This document shows, in pieces, positions 43,762 through 53,330 of a stretch of DNA of 64,000 bases; position 1 is the stretch's first letter; each line of letters opens with the position of its first letter. Where the stretch lies: positions 1,184,001-1,248,000 of the forward strand of contig CAWDML010000009.1 of the NCBI GenBank assembly GCA_963803435.1. The letters are read 5' to 3'. The translations under genes and the position numbers were made by a program. Under the pieces are notes generated by a model. The model had not been told where the DNA came from, ran no database searches, and saw only the letters and a program-made list of their open reading frames with translations. Source of the DNA: an uncultured delta proteobacterium (GTDB lineage Bacteria; Myxococcota; Kuafuiibacteriia; Kuafuiibacteriales; Kuafuiibacteriaceae).

Positions 43762-45696
43762 CTATGCGGAGGCCGAGAGCTGCGGGACCCGATGATCGAG
43801 CCGGTGCCAGGCCTCGCGGATCACGCGCTCGCGCATCGTCGCGATGGACCGCTGGATGCGCTGGGTCTGCTCGATGAAGCTGGGCTCGCCGCGGATCGAG
43901 TCGAAGGCCGGCTCCAGCGCATCCCAGGCGAGGAGGCGGTGGCCTGCGGTGACGCTGCGCTCGAACCAGCGGAGCGCGGCGTCGCGCTCGCCGCGGGCCG
44001 CGAGCATGGCCGCCAGCTCCCAGGAGCGGCTCACGTTATCCTCCCCGCGCTCCAGCGCGGCGCGGTTCGTCGCTTCCACCTCGCCAAAGAGCGTCTCGGC
44101 GCGCTCGGCGCGGCCGGCGATCGCCTCGAGCCGCCCCAGCGCGAGCATCGCGTAGGTGTCACGCCCGGGCGAGACGCGCAGCGCCTCCTCGAAGAGGGCG
44201 GCGGCCCGGTCGGCGTGGCCGGCCACCAGGTGCGTCCGTCCTGCGATGCGCAGGCACTCGGGCGTGTGCGGATAGGCGGCGCTCAGGGCCGCGACCCGCT
44301 CGCAGGCCGCCCGGACGTCGCCCTCGACCAGCTCGCGCGTCGCCACCCATACGTTGGCGTCGATGAGCAGCGGGCTGGTCGAGAGGGCGTGCTCGAACCA
44401 CCGCCCCGACTCGTCGCGGAAGCCGAGACACCACAGATAGGTGGCGTAGGTGGCGATCTCGATCGGGTTCGGCGCCGGCTCCCGGATGATCTTCAGCTTG
44501 ATCCAGCCGATGGCCTCGTCCCACTCGCCCAGCTCGAAGTGCGCCTGCGAGACGTTGAAGATGGCCTCGTCATAGGTGGGCCGGAGCTCCACCGCGCGCA
44601 GATAGGACTGGAGCGAGCGCCGGCGGAGGCCCTTCGCGTGGTAGGCGAGGCCCAGCGCCTTGTGAGACTCGGGGAGCTCGCTCGCCAGCGAGAGCGCGCG
44701 CTCGGCCGCCTCGATCGCCGCGTCGGCCCACTCGTCCCCGAAGCCAAAGTTGGTGCCGCGCAGGCCGTAAGCGTTGGCGAGCCCCGCGTAGGCGAGGGCG
44801 AAGCCGGGGTCGATCTCGATCGCCCGTTTGTACAGCGCGATCGCGGTCTCGTTCTCCTCCCGCTCCCACTTCCGATAGTGCGCGCGCCCGCGCAGGTACA
44901 GATCGTAGGCGCCGGCGTCGCGGGTGGCGGCGAGGGCAGGGTCGCGGTGCTGTTCCGGCGACAGCTCGATCTGGAGCTCCGCAGCGATCCGCTCGGCGAC
45001 CTCCTGCTGGATCCGGAGCACGTCGTCGATCCGCTCGTCGTAGGCCTGCGCCCACAGCACCTGCTCGTTGTCGGCCTGGATCAGCTGGGCCGAGATCCGG
45101 ACCCGATCGGCGCTGCGGCGGACGCTCCCCGTCAGGATCGAGGCCACCGACAGGGCCGTGCCGATCTCCCGGACGCTCTGCCCGGTCTTGAGGAAGCGCG
45201 CGCTCGAGACGGTCGAGACCACGAACAACCCGCGGACCTTGGTGAGCTCGGTGATGATGTCGTCGGTGACGCCCTCCGCGAAGTAGGCGCTGCCCTCGTT
45301 TCCGTCGAGGTTGGTGAAGGGGAGCACCGCCAGGCAGCGCGGCATCGCCGGCTTGGCGGGCTCGGCCGGCTCGGCCTCTCGGGTGGAGACGGGGCAGCTG
45401 AAGCGGTAGCCGCGGCCCCGCTGGGTACGGATGAACCGCTGCGACTGGCCGTCGTCGCCGAGGGCGCGCCGCACCTCCTTGAGCGCGCTCGAGAGCGCGC
45501 TGTCGCTGACCACCACGTCCGGCCAGACGCCGGCGATCAGCTCCTCCTTGGGGACGGAGCGGTCGTGGCGCGCCACCAGGTACGCGAGGAGCCGGAGCGG
45601 GGTGGGATCGAGGTCGATGCGCAGGCCGTCGCGGCGCAGGGTCTCTTCGCCCGAGTCGAGCTCGAAGCCCTCGAACGCGTAGACCGGTCCCGGCAC
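43762..45696 (-). CDS. CadC/OmpR-type winged-helix regulator with TolB-like and TPR domains
   Basis: GTG 45696; YAFEGFELD, LIAGVWPDVVVSDSAL...LGDD...IRTQRGRGYRF; LAVLPFTNL, YFAEGVTDDII, AYDLYLRGR; TPRs. Confidence 0.9.
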   Translation of the reverse strand: MPGPVYAFEGFELDSGEETLRRDGLRIDLDPTPLRLLAYLVARHDRSVPKEELIAGVWPDVVVSDSALSSALKEVRRALGDDGQSQRFIRTQRGRGYRFSCPVSTREAEPAEPAKPAMPRCLAVLPFTNLDGNEGSAYFAEGVTDDIITELTKVRGLFVVSTVSSARFLKTGQSVREIGTALSVASILTGSVRRSADRVRISAQLIQADNEQVLWAQAYDERIDDVLRIQQEVAERIAAELQIELSPEQHRDPALAATRDAGAYDLYLRGRAHYRKWEREENETAIALYKRAIEIDPGFALAYAGLANAYGLRGTNFGFGDEWADAAIEAAERALSLASELPESHKALGLAYHAKGLRRRSLQSYLRAVELRPTYDEAIFNVSQAHFELGEWDEAIGWIKLKIIREPAPNPIEIATYATYLWCLGFRDESGRWFEHALSTSPLLIDANVWVATRELVEGDVRAACERVAALSAAYPHTPECLRIAGRTHLVAGHADRAAALFEEALRVSPGRDTYAMLALGRLEAIAGRAERAETLFGEVEATNRAALERGEDNVSRSWELAAMLAARGERDAALRWFERSVTAGHRLLAWDALEPAFDSIRGEPSFIEQTQRIQRSIATMRERVIREAWHRLDHRVPQLSASA

Positions 45697-45805
45697 GGCG
45701 GAGCACCTTATCACCCGGGCATGACCCGAGGTACGCCGAGATCTTTCGTGCCGGCGCGGGGATCGTTCGGCCCCTGCGCCCGGGAGGGCCGCACATCCTG
45801 GGCCC

Positions 45806-46075
45806 GTGGGTTTTCTGCGATGGCTCCCTGGCCTCGGTTCTCCTGTTGCTCGGCGGCTGCACCTCCGACACCGGCGCGCTCGCCCCGACGGACGGGGCGA
45901 ACCACCGGCGGGACCACGCTGCGGGGACGGCGTGGTCACGGAGGGCGAGGCCTGCGACGACGGCGTGAACGAGATCGATCGCTTCCTGTGGACCGACTCG
46001 ATTGCGGGCTCGCTGCGCGGACAGCCGACGAACCCTCATGGTGGGCGCGGGCTCTTGCCAGCACCCGAGGAATGA
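45806..46075 (+). pseudogene. Remnant of a lipoprotein with a Myxococcus Cys-rich repeat
   Basis: LASVLLLLGGC lipobox in a shifted frame; CGDGVVTEGEACDDG then abrupt loss of recognisable pattern. Confidence 0.5.
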
Positions 46076-46089
46076 ATGGCGCCAAAGGT

Positions 46090-46363
46090 CCTTGATTGAC
46101 GAGGAGGCGAGCGGCGTTCAGACTGCCGAGGAGATGACCCAGCGCTCCCGCAAGAGCGACGACGCCGAGCCGGTCCAGCTCGTGAACTTCCGAAACCCGT
46201 ACTGCCCAACGACAATCGCGATGTCGTCGAGCTCCTCGAGAGGAACCGGGCCCACTTGCAGCTCGAAGACGTGGAACAGGTCTGCGCCCGCTACGGCTTC
46301 TCCGAGCGACTCGGGGTGCTGCTGAAGCAGGCAGGCATCAGCGATTCTGCCGGGTGTCGGTGA
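46090..46363 (+). pseudogene. Possible remnant of a small nucleotidyltransferase-like gene
   Basis: Fragments DDAEPVQLVNF and RDVVELLERN...VEQVCARYGFSERL in different frames; no start codon. Confidence 0.25.
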
Positions 46364-46440
46364 ACACGTGCTCCGACGGGAAAGACCCGTCAGGCCGACG
46401 CGGGCTTGGCGCTCCTGTCCAGCTTCAGGCGGCGGTCCTG

Positions 46441-47361
46441 TCAATGGGCACCCGACTCGATCGGGCCGTGGGGCTCCGAACGCTCGGGCCAGGGCAGGGT
46501 GGAGACCGCGCCGCCGATCGCCCAGGTCGCGACGAAGATCAGCGCGAAGGGGAGCCAGGTCGCGGCGATGCTGCCGAAGCTCTCGAGGCTGTGGCGCGCC
46601 AGGAGCGCGGCCAGCAGATCGAGCCCGGCGACGGTCGCCGCCCAGGTGACGGCGGTCGGGAGCGGGTCGCGGGCGCCGCGCGCGTGGAAGTACCTCCAGG
46701 CGAGCGCCCCGAACACGAGCGGTGCAGCGAACGCGTGGACGATCAACGCCGCCGTGAGCCCGGCGATCGGGAGCACCCCCGCCATGATCGCGGCACAGAC
46801 CACCCAACCGGCGAGCCCGTGAGCCAGCAATCGAGGGAGCGAGTGCGCCGGGTGCTCCACGGGAGCGTTCGGAGACACGTGGGCGACCTGCACCGCGAGC
46901 TCGGCGGCCCAGGCGCGGATTCGATCGGGGTTGCGCCAGTCGCCGCTCAGCTTGTTCGCCATCGCGCTGGCGGGGAAGCCGCGGACGTCCGGCTCGAGGC
47001 GACCGCCGAAGGTGACGTGACCCTTCGCGCCGATCCGCTCGGCGAGGACGGCGACCTGCGTGGGAGCGGGGATCGTTCGATGGTCGGCCGAATCGTCGAG
47101 TGGACCGCTCGAGAAGAGCCAGACAGGGATCTTGCGGAGGGCCTTCTCGTGCCGATGGACGAAGCGGCGAAGATGACCGGGCCAACGGTTCGCATAGAGC
47201 GCGCCGCCGATGATCGCGGCATCGAAGCCGTCGACCTTCGTAACGTCGCGGGCGGAGACGGTGACGACCGTGTAGCCGTGCACTTCGAGCGCGTCCCCCA
47301 GGATGCGGGCGATGCCTTCGGTTCCGCCGTGTTTCGAGCCCCAGGTGACGAGGATCCGCAT
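46441..47361 (-). CDS. HemG-like flavodoxin domain fused to about four TM helices
   Basis: MRILVTWGSKHGGTEGIA, IIGGALYANRW, PVWLFSSGPL, FGGRL, GDWRN..IRAWA; hydrophobic C-terminal third. Confidence 0.85.
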   Translation of the reverse strand: MRILVTWGSKHGGTEGIARILGDALEVHGYTVVTVSARDVTKVDGFDAAIIGGALYANRWPGHLRRFVHRHEKALRKIPVWLFSSGPLDDSADHRTIPAPTQVAVLAERIGAKGHVTFGGRLEPDVRGFPASAMANKLSGDWRNPDRIRAWAAELAVQVAHVSPNAPVEHPAHSLPRLLAHGLAGWVVCAAIMAGVLPIAGLTAALIVHAFAAPLVFGALAWRYFHARGARDPLPTAVTWAATVAGLDLLAALLARHSLESFGSIAATWLPFALIFVATWAIGGAVSTLPWPERSEPHGPIESGAH

Positions 47362-47538
47362 ATCGACCTCCTGACGCCCACCTCTGGAGCAACTCCCACG
47401 CCAGGCGATGCGGGTCGCCGTCGCCGCTCGCGGCTGACCTCGAGCGGACCTGAATGAGCCCCGCGTTCACGTCGCTCGCGAGGCCGGGGCCTTCGAATGT
47501 CTCGCCGACCGCATCGTCGCCGAGCAGCTCGCGCCTAG

Positions 47539-47609
47539 GAGCGTGTAGCGCGTAAGCGCTCACGCGACCCGGTCCCGGTCCCGGTCCCGGTCCCGGTCCG
47601 GGTCCCGAT
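47539..47609 (+). repeat. Left arm of an inverted repeat, with (CCGGTC)n hexamers
   Basis: GAGCGTGTAGCGCGTAAGCGCTCACGCGAC then CCGGTC repeats ending GGTCCCGAT; approximate reverse complement of 52770-52834. Confidence 0.85.
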
Positions 47610-48945
47610 CTGAAGATGGCTGCCTTGAGTCAGACGCTCGCGACGGTCGCGAGCTTCGATCGGTAGAGCTTGAGCAGGTTGTGGGTGAGGCAGACGAGCG
47701 TCCACTCGGCTCGTACCTTGAAGAAGGAGCGGAGCGAGAACCGGCGGAATCCTCGTGCGCCTTTGATCTGTCCGAGCGCCGGTTCGACGATACTCTTCCT
47801 GCGGGGGTAGACCGCCTTGCCGTCGAGCGTTTGCAACTTGTCTCGCATTCGCTTGCGAGCGAGCGAGGCAGGTGTGGGCTCCGAAGCTGATGAGGACGGA
47901 GTCGACGCGTCTTGGTTCTGTTCGCGTCCAACAGCGATGTGGGCATCGATCTGATTGTTGTCGCAGAATTCGATGTTGGTCGCGCTCAGATAGCCGTTGT
48001 CTGCCGTCATCTTCCGCGAAGCATCGCCGCAGTTGCCGAACACATCACGGAGCATCGGGACGAGGTGTTGCTGATCAGGTGCCTGGTTGCTGACCCCTTC
48101 GGCGACAATCACCTGAGCGTGCTCATCTACGACAACTTGGCATTGTAGGCCTGGAGGTACGCTCCCTCCTTCAACATGATCCTGCTGTCTGAGTCGGTGA
48201 AGTTCCTCTGAGCGTTGGGCCTCGGTGTGCCGTCCACATTTGCAGGAACGCGATGATGCGGCCATCCCTCATTTCGTTCAGTTGGGTCTGGGGATGGTTC
48301 GAGCTGGTCAGCCTGCGCTCCTGCCTTCTCGGCTCGAGTTCTCGCTCGCTTCTGCTCCACCCGATCCACAAGAGCATCATCCGCTTTGCTCGTCTTCCTC
48401 TTTGGTCGATCCTGCGCGCTCGCTCCAGCAGTTCTTCGATCTCGAGAGACAGCCGCTTCTCCTCCTCGGCCATCCGCTCGTAGGTCATCGCCTTGTGCTT
48501 GCTCGCGTCCGCCTGCACCTTCGAGCCATCGAGTGCGACGTGTCCGAGCCCCACCAAACCGGAATGGAATGTCTTCGTAGGTCGCCCGCGCGATCCTCCG
48601 CGACGAATAGATGCCGGTGCAGTAGGCGTACAGAAGCAGCGCGATCATCATTCGAGGCGAGTACGGTCCTTGGACTGGATCGAGATCTCGATCGCGCTCA
48701 GCTCTACCTCATCGACGACGTCCAAGACGAAGTACGCGAGATGATTTTCTGGGAGCCACTCGAGAGGGTGTTGGGTCTCGGACTGTATCGTGATCCACCG
48801 CCCCCTCCATCCCATGGTAGCTCAGCGCTGATCCGGGCTGGTAGGTAAGAGAGCGCGGAGCCGGCGGCCAGCGAGCCGTCCCGGCTTCGCTCATCTGGTC
48901 GCAGCCACCACCCTGCCGTCGTGCTACCGGCAGGCGGGAGAGGAG

Positions 48946-49614
48946 ATGGCCCGCCACGGTTCGCCCCGTGCGGGCCAGGCTGTGCAGCTTCGCTTCGCGA
49001 CGGCGCTGTCCAGCGACGAGTACGTTAGCGAGCGAGGCTGGGAGAACGCAACGCTGGACTTCTGCCCTGTGCATCCAAAGGGCGGCTGCGACTTCGCGAG
49101 GCACACGCCGTACGAGCGGATGACGCCCCCAGGGACCCGCGTCGCTCGCTGGTATTGCCCGCAAGCTCACCAGACCTTCAGCCTGTTGCCCGACTGCCTG
49201 TCCTCGCGGCTACCGGGCTCGCTCGCCAGAGTCGATGATGTCGTTCGAGAGGCCGAGGCAGGTCGCCATCAAGGGCTGAGCTGGGAGGAGGTCGCCGCCA
49301 GGCTTCGCCCCGATATCGAGGTGCAAGGTGCCTTGCGATGGCTGCGTCGGCGCCTCGCCCTCGTGTACGCCTCGGCGAACGCGCTGATCGGCCTCGTGCC
49401 TGATCGCCTCGCCGGCTGCGCGCCGACGCTGACCTCCCTCGCTGCGCGTCTCGACATCTCGTGTGTCCTGGTCGCGCTGCGCGAGATCGCAGCGAGCGGG
49501 TTGCCGCGTCTGTCCCCACCTCTCGGTTTCGGTCCCCGGCCCGCCCAGCGGTGGCCGCGTCCAAAGCCGCTCCAACACGACACGGGCGCAGATCCGCCGA
49601 CCAAGCATCGGTAG
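48946..49614 (+). CDS. Transposon accessory protein with Cys/His motifs (DUF6431-like)
   Basis: RBS GAGGAG; CPVH...C..RHTPYER, RWYCPQAHQTFSLLPDCL, then an HTH-like segment. Confidence 0.7.
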   Translation: MARHGSPRAGQAVQLRFATALSSDEYVSERGWENATLDFCPVHPKGGCDFARHTPYERMTPPGTRVARWYCPQAHQTFSLLPDCLSSRLPGSLARVDDVVREAEAGRHQGLSWEEVAARLRPDIEVQGALRWLRRRLALVYASANALIGLVPDRLAGCAPTLTSLAARLDISCVLVALREIAASGLPRLSPPLGFGPRPAQRWPRPKPLQHDTGADPPTKHR

Positions 49615-49659
49615 TCCTCGGACGCTCGCACATCGCGAGCCCACACCGAGGAGTTACCG

Positions 49660-51033
49660 ATGGAAGACGACCACAAGAAGAAGCTCGCTCACGAGATCGC
49701 GTTGTTTCGGCACAGCGTGCTGGGGGACCTCGTCCACCTCGCGCCGGGACACCGCGGCCTCTACGATCTGCTTCACTTCAAGGCCGACAAGGACTACGAG
49801 ATCCCCAACTCTCTGCGGCGGCGCGTCGCCGTGGAGACCATCCGCCACTGGCTCAAGCTCTACCGAAAGGGCGGCTTTGACGCCCTGATCCCCAAGACCA
49901 GGCGCGATGCCGAGACCTCGCGCAAGATACCGCAGGAGGTTCAGGACCTCCTCGTCGCCCTCAAGGACGAGCACCGCGACTGGACGGTGAAGGCCGTCAT
50001 CAAGGAGGCACTCGACTCCGGAAAGATCCCCCTCGATCTACCGCTACCTCCGTCGACCGTTCACCGACTCTTCACGCGCCACGGCCTGATGCAGAAGCTG
50101 CCCGCCGCCCCGACCACCAAGGACCACCGCAAGTTCGCTTTCCAGAAGGCCGGCGATCTCTGGATGAGCGACGTGATGCACGGCCCCGCCGTGATCTGCG
50201 AGGGCCGCAGGAAGAAGAAGACCTTCCTGATCGCCTTCCTCGACGACGCCACGCGCGTCATCCCCTTCGCGGCCTTCCAGGCGTCCGAGAGCACCGCCGC
50301 CTTCTTGCCTTGTCTGAAGCAGGCCATCTTGCGGAGAGGACTTCCGAAACGCTTGTTCGTCGATAACGGTTCCGCGTATCGGTCCCAGCACCTCGCCCTC
50401 GTCTGCGCCAAGCTCGGCGTGACGTTGATCCACGCGCGCGCCTACCATCCACAGGCCAAGGGTAAGCAAGAGCGATTTTTCAGAACTGTGCGGATGCAAC
50501 TCCTGCCGCACCTCAGGCCCGAGGACCTCAGCAGCCTCGACGCGCTCAATCGCCGGCTGTGGGCCTGGGTCGAAGGCGAGTACCATCGCGCTCCGCACCG
50601 CGGTCTCGACGGCGACACCCCCATCGACCGCTGGGCGCAGGTCGCCGACGAGGTCCGCTACGGCGCCAGCCTCGACCTCGACGACCTGTTCCTCTTCGAG
50701 GCTCAACGCAAGGTCCACAAGGATCGAGTCGTGAGCCTCAACGGAATCGGATACGAGGTCGACGCCGCCCTCGTCGACGAGACCGTCACGCTCCGCTACG
50801 ACCCGTCGACTCCCGGCCGGCCAATCAAGGTCTTGCACAAGGGGCAGATCGTGCAGACCGCCAAGGTCGTCGATGCCTACGCCAACTGCTTCGTCCGCCG
50901 GGACCGTCCCTCGGCGGAATTGGAGTCGATGCCCGCCGCCGAGGCGCCGCCCTCCAAGGCCACCACCGAGCCCCCGCGGCGAGGGCTCGACCTCGCCCGC
51001 CTCGCCCAGAACGACGACCAGGAGGACCGCTGA
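49660..51033 (+). CDS. DDE-type integrase/transposase (rve core, Mu-transposase-like C-terminus)
   Basis: N-terminal HTHs; LWMSDVMH, FLDDATR, FVDNGSAY, AKGKQERFF, YHRAPHRGL, RKVHKD..VSLNG..YEV. Confidence 0.92.
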   Translation: MEDDHKKKLAHEIALFRHSVLGDLVHLAPGHRGLYDLLHFKADKDYEIPNSLRRRVAVETIRHWLKLYRKGGFDALIPKTRRDAETSRKIPQEVQDLLVALKDEHRDWTVKAVIKEALDSGKIPLDLPLPPSTVHRLFTRHGLMQKLPAAPTTKDHRKFAFQKAGDLWMSDVMHGPAVICEGRRKKKTFLIAFLDDATRVIPFAAFQASESTAAFLPCLKQAILRRGLPKRLFVDNGSAYRSQHLALVCAKLGVTLIHARAYHPQAKGKQERFFRTVRMQLLPHLRPEDLSSLDALNRRLWAWVEGEYHRAPHRGLDGDTPIDRWAQVADEVRYGASLDLDDLFLFEAQRKVHKDRVVSLNGIGYEVDAALVDETVTLRYDPSTPGRPIKVLHKGQIVQTAKVVDAYANCFVRRDRPSAELESMPAAEAPPSKATTEPPRRGLDLARLAQNDDQEDR

Positions 51034-51830
51034 TGTATCGCAGACACTTCGCCTTGACCCGTCACCCGTTCGCAAAGGACCTCGCCGCAGAGGACCTCTT
51101 CATCTCAGCCAGCGCCAAGGAGTGGGAAGTCCGGCTCCTCTACCTCCTCGATCTCTGCGGCATCGGCCTGCTCACCGGAGAGCCAGGCGGAGGCAAGACC
51201 ACCGTGACCCGGAAGGTCGTCAGCGCGCTGCACACGGGCCTCTTTCGCGTCTTCTACGTCGCGCTCACCACCGGCAACGTCATGGACCTCTACAAGATGA
51301 TCGCTTGGGAGCTGGGCCTGCCCACCGAGAGGAGTCGCGCGGCCCTGCACACCTGTATCCGCACCGAGGTCACGCGACTCTGCCAGGAGTCCAAGATCCG
51401 CCCACTGCTGATCATTGACGAAGCGCACCGGCTCCGCAGCGATGTGTTGGAGGAGCTGCGGCTCCTCACCAACTACCAGATGGATTCGGAGAACCGTCTC
51501 TGTCTGCTCTTCATCGGGCAGGCAGAGCTACGGAGGCGGCTCTCCATGGCGGTCCACGAAGCCCTCTCGCAGCGCATCATCGTCCGCCATCACCTCGCCG
51601 CGCTCACGCGCGACGAGCTGCCGCCCTACCTGGGGCACCTGCTCCGGCTCGCGGGATGCGAGCTGCCCCTCTTCGAGCCGGCCGCGATGGAAGCGATTTA
51701 TCAGTCCACGAACGGCCTGCCGCGTAAGGTCAACGCCTTGGCCCACCATGCGCTCAACGCGGCTGCGATCGCGCGCGCGAAGACCGTCACCGTCGAGCAT
51801 GTCCAGGCCGCCACGCCGGAGGTCGCCTGA
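51033..51830 (+). CDS. ExeA-like AAA+ ATPase (transposition helper)
   Basis: ATG overlaps the transposase stop; MYRRHFALTRHPF, GEPGGGKT Walker A, LIIDEAH Walker B, LFIGQ, GLPRKVN. Confidence 0.92.
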   Translation: MYRRHFALTRHPFAKDLAAEDLFISASAKEWEVRLLYLLDLCGIGLLTGEPGGGKTTVTRKVVSALHTGLFRVFYVALTTGNVMDLYKMIAWELGLPTERSRAALHTCIRTEVTRLCQESKIRPLLIIDEAHRLRSDVLEELRLLTNYQMDSENRLCLLFIGQAELRRRLSMAVHEALSQRIIVRHHLAALTRDELPPYLGHLLRLAGCELPLFEPAAMEAIYQSTNGLPRKVNALAHHALNAAAIARAKTVTVEHVQAATPEVA

Positions 51831-52054
51831 TGCAGAGTCGTCCGCCCCACTGCCGATCCCAGCTCTACGCGACCATCACCTTGCCGGCGATGACCGCCGA
51901 GCAAGCCACTCTATTGTTTGATGTCCTCGGCGAGGTCGCGGCCGCGATCTGGGACGCCTACGAACCCGAGATCAGCTGTATCGCGGCAGAAGAGGCTCGC
52001 CTCTACGAGCCGGACGAGGACGGGCACCTCGACATCGACGATCTCCCCTTCTGA
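51830..52054 (+). CDS. Small acidic transposon-encoded protein
   Basis: ATG overlaps the ATPase stop; MTAEQA..LFDVL...AIWDAY; terminal DDLPF. Confidence 0.6.
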   Translation: MQSRPPHCRSQLYATITLPAMTAEQATLLFDVLGEVAAAIWDAYEPEISCIAAEEARLYEPDEDGHLDIDDLPF

Positions 52055-52394
52055 AGGTCCTCGCCTCTGGCTCGTCCGCCCTCCCGTCTCCGTCGTTCCC
52101 GAATCCCGCCACCATTCCCGACCGCTTCACCGCAGCGGGCACCGCGGGAATCCGGCCCTCGACCATCACAAACTCGCCCGCGAAACGAGTGGGGACCGAG
52201 CGCGGGAACCCACAGAGGGGACGGCGGGAGCAAGAACGATTGTCTCGGAGTCCAAGAACGGTATTGCTTCGCCACGAAACCATGGGATCAAGTCCAGGCG
52301 TCGAAGTCGATCCGCCCAACGATCGATTCCAGACGAAACGACTTCCAAGAACTTCTGCTGGTCAAAGTGGACGAGCTACCGCAAGCTAGCTTGC

Positions 52395-52764
52395 ATGGTC
52401 ACTTTCGATCACGAGAAGCTCGAGGCCTACCAGCTCGCCGTCGAGTATGCCGACATCGCTGAAGATGATCGCACAAGAACTGCAACCCGGTCACGCTCAC
52501 GTCCGCGATCAGCTTCGGCGGGCATCCGATTCCATCGTGAACAACACCGCCGAGGGCGCCGGAGAGCTCAATCCACCTGAGAAGGCTCGCTTCTACCGGA
52601 TGGCACTTCGCTCTGGCACCGAAAGCGCCGCCTCACTCCACACCTGCTTGAGGCGCCGACTCGCCAACGAGCAGAAGGTCCAAGCCGCCAGAGCCAAGCT
52701 CAAGCGCGTTGTCGAGAGGCTCACGCGCCTCATCAAGTCGATGAACGCACGCCGGGCTGCATGA
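52395..52764 (+). CDS. Four-helix-bundle protein (23S rRNA IVP/Avd-like); single frameshift near 52462
   Basis: MVTFDHEKLEAYQLAVE then VRDQLRRASDSIVNNTAEGAG...EKARFYRMALRSGTESAA. Confidence 0.85.
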
Positions 52765-52769
52765 TCGCC

Positions 52770-52834
52770 ATCGGGACCGGGACCGGGACCGGGACCCCGA
52801 CCGGGCTCGCGGTAGCGCTACGCGCTACACGCTC
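52770..52834 (+). repeat. Right arm of the inverted repeat, with (GGGACC)n hexamers
   Basis: ATCGGGACCGGGACCGGGACCGGGACC...GCGGTAGCGCTACGCGCTACACGCTC; begins 6 bp after the four-helix-bundle stop. Confidence 0.85.
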
Positions 52835-53330
52835 ATACGGAGCCGACGCCTGCTATGCCATGTTGGGGCAGGCGACCGCCGGCCAGCGATCGAGTGGAGG
52901 AGCTTCTACAATCGGTTCGATCAGATCCCCGTGCGCTTGCGGGCTCGCGTCCTCGAGAGGGACGAGGCGATCGTCGCGCTGATCGCCCGGCATCAAAGGG
53001 AACCTGCACGACCAGGCCTGGCACGTCGCCGGTCGGCACGTGAGGGAGATGCGAAAGCGATGAGCGAGATCGAGGCATGGGCCCGCACGTTCGTCGAGGG
53101 GGAAGGGCGGATCATCGGCGCCGCTCCGGAGGCACGTGTCCCGCCCGCCGCGATGACGGCGCTGCGAGCGTGGGTCGAAGCGCTCTGACCCTGTGCTCCC
53201 CGGACCGGAGGGAACAGCAGCGCCACCGCCATCGATCCGCGAGTGGCCGCTGGCGAGCGCGTCATCACGGCGTTCCCATGCCCGCTCCACAGTCCATGCC
53301 GGCACCGTTTTCGCGGTAGCATCCATCATC

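Larger units (their letters stand above)
48769..52214 (+). mobile_element. Complete 3446-bp four-ORF transposon (Cys/His protein, Mu/TnsB-like DDE transposase, ExeA/TnsC-like ATPase, small acidic ORF)
   Basis: Ends TGTTGGGT...AACCCACA; direct repeat GAGGG at 48764-48768 and 52215-52219; removal restores the IS1182 reading frame. Confidence 0.9.
47630..52275 (-). mobile_element. Degenerate IS1182-family transposase gene split by a later transposon (pieces 52215-52275 and 47630-48768)
   Basis: MAKQYRSWTPRQSFLLPPSP joined to LEWLPENHLAYFVLDVVD; LLYAYCTGIYSSRRI; ALDGSKVQADASKHK; NFTDSDSRIM; QAYN; ADNGY; RRKSIVEP; GFRRFSLR; HNLLKL; several frameshifts and internal deletions. Confidence 0.88.

Noticed and set aside
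51033-51830. Type II secretion ExeA gene or CRISPR-associated transposon
   Set aside because: The ATPase is coupled to a DDE transposase inside defined ends; there are no secretion genes, cas genes or array.
52395-52764. Diversity-generating retroelement (Avd-like gene)
   Set aside because: No reverse transcriptase and no template/variable repeat pair seen in the window.
52859-53188. Short ORF after the right repeat arm
   Set aside because: No clear start, RBS or motif; may be a remnant but cannot be assigned.
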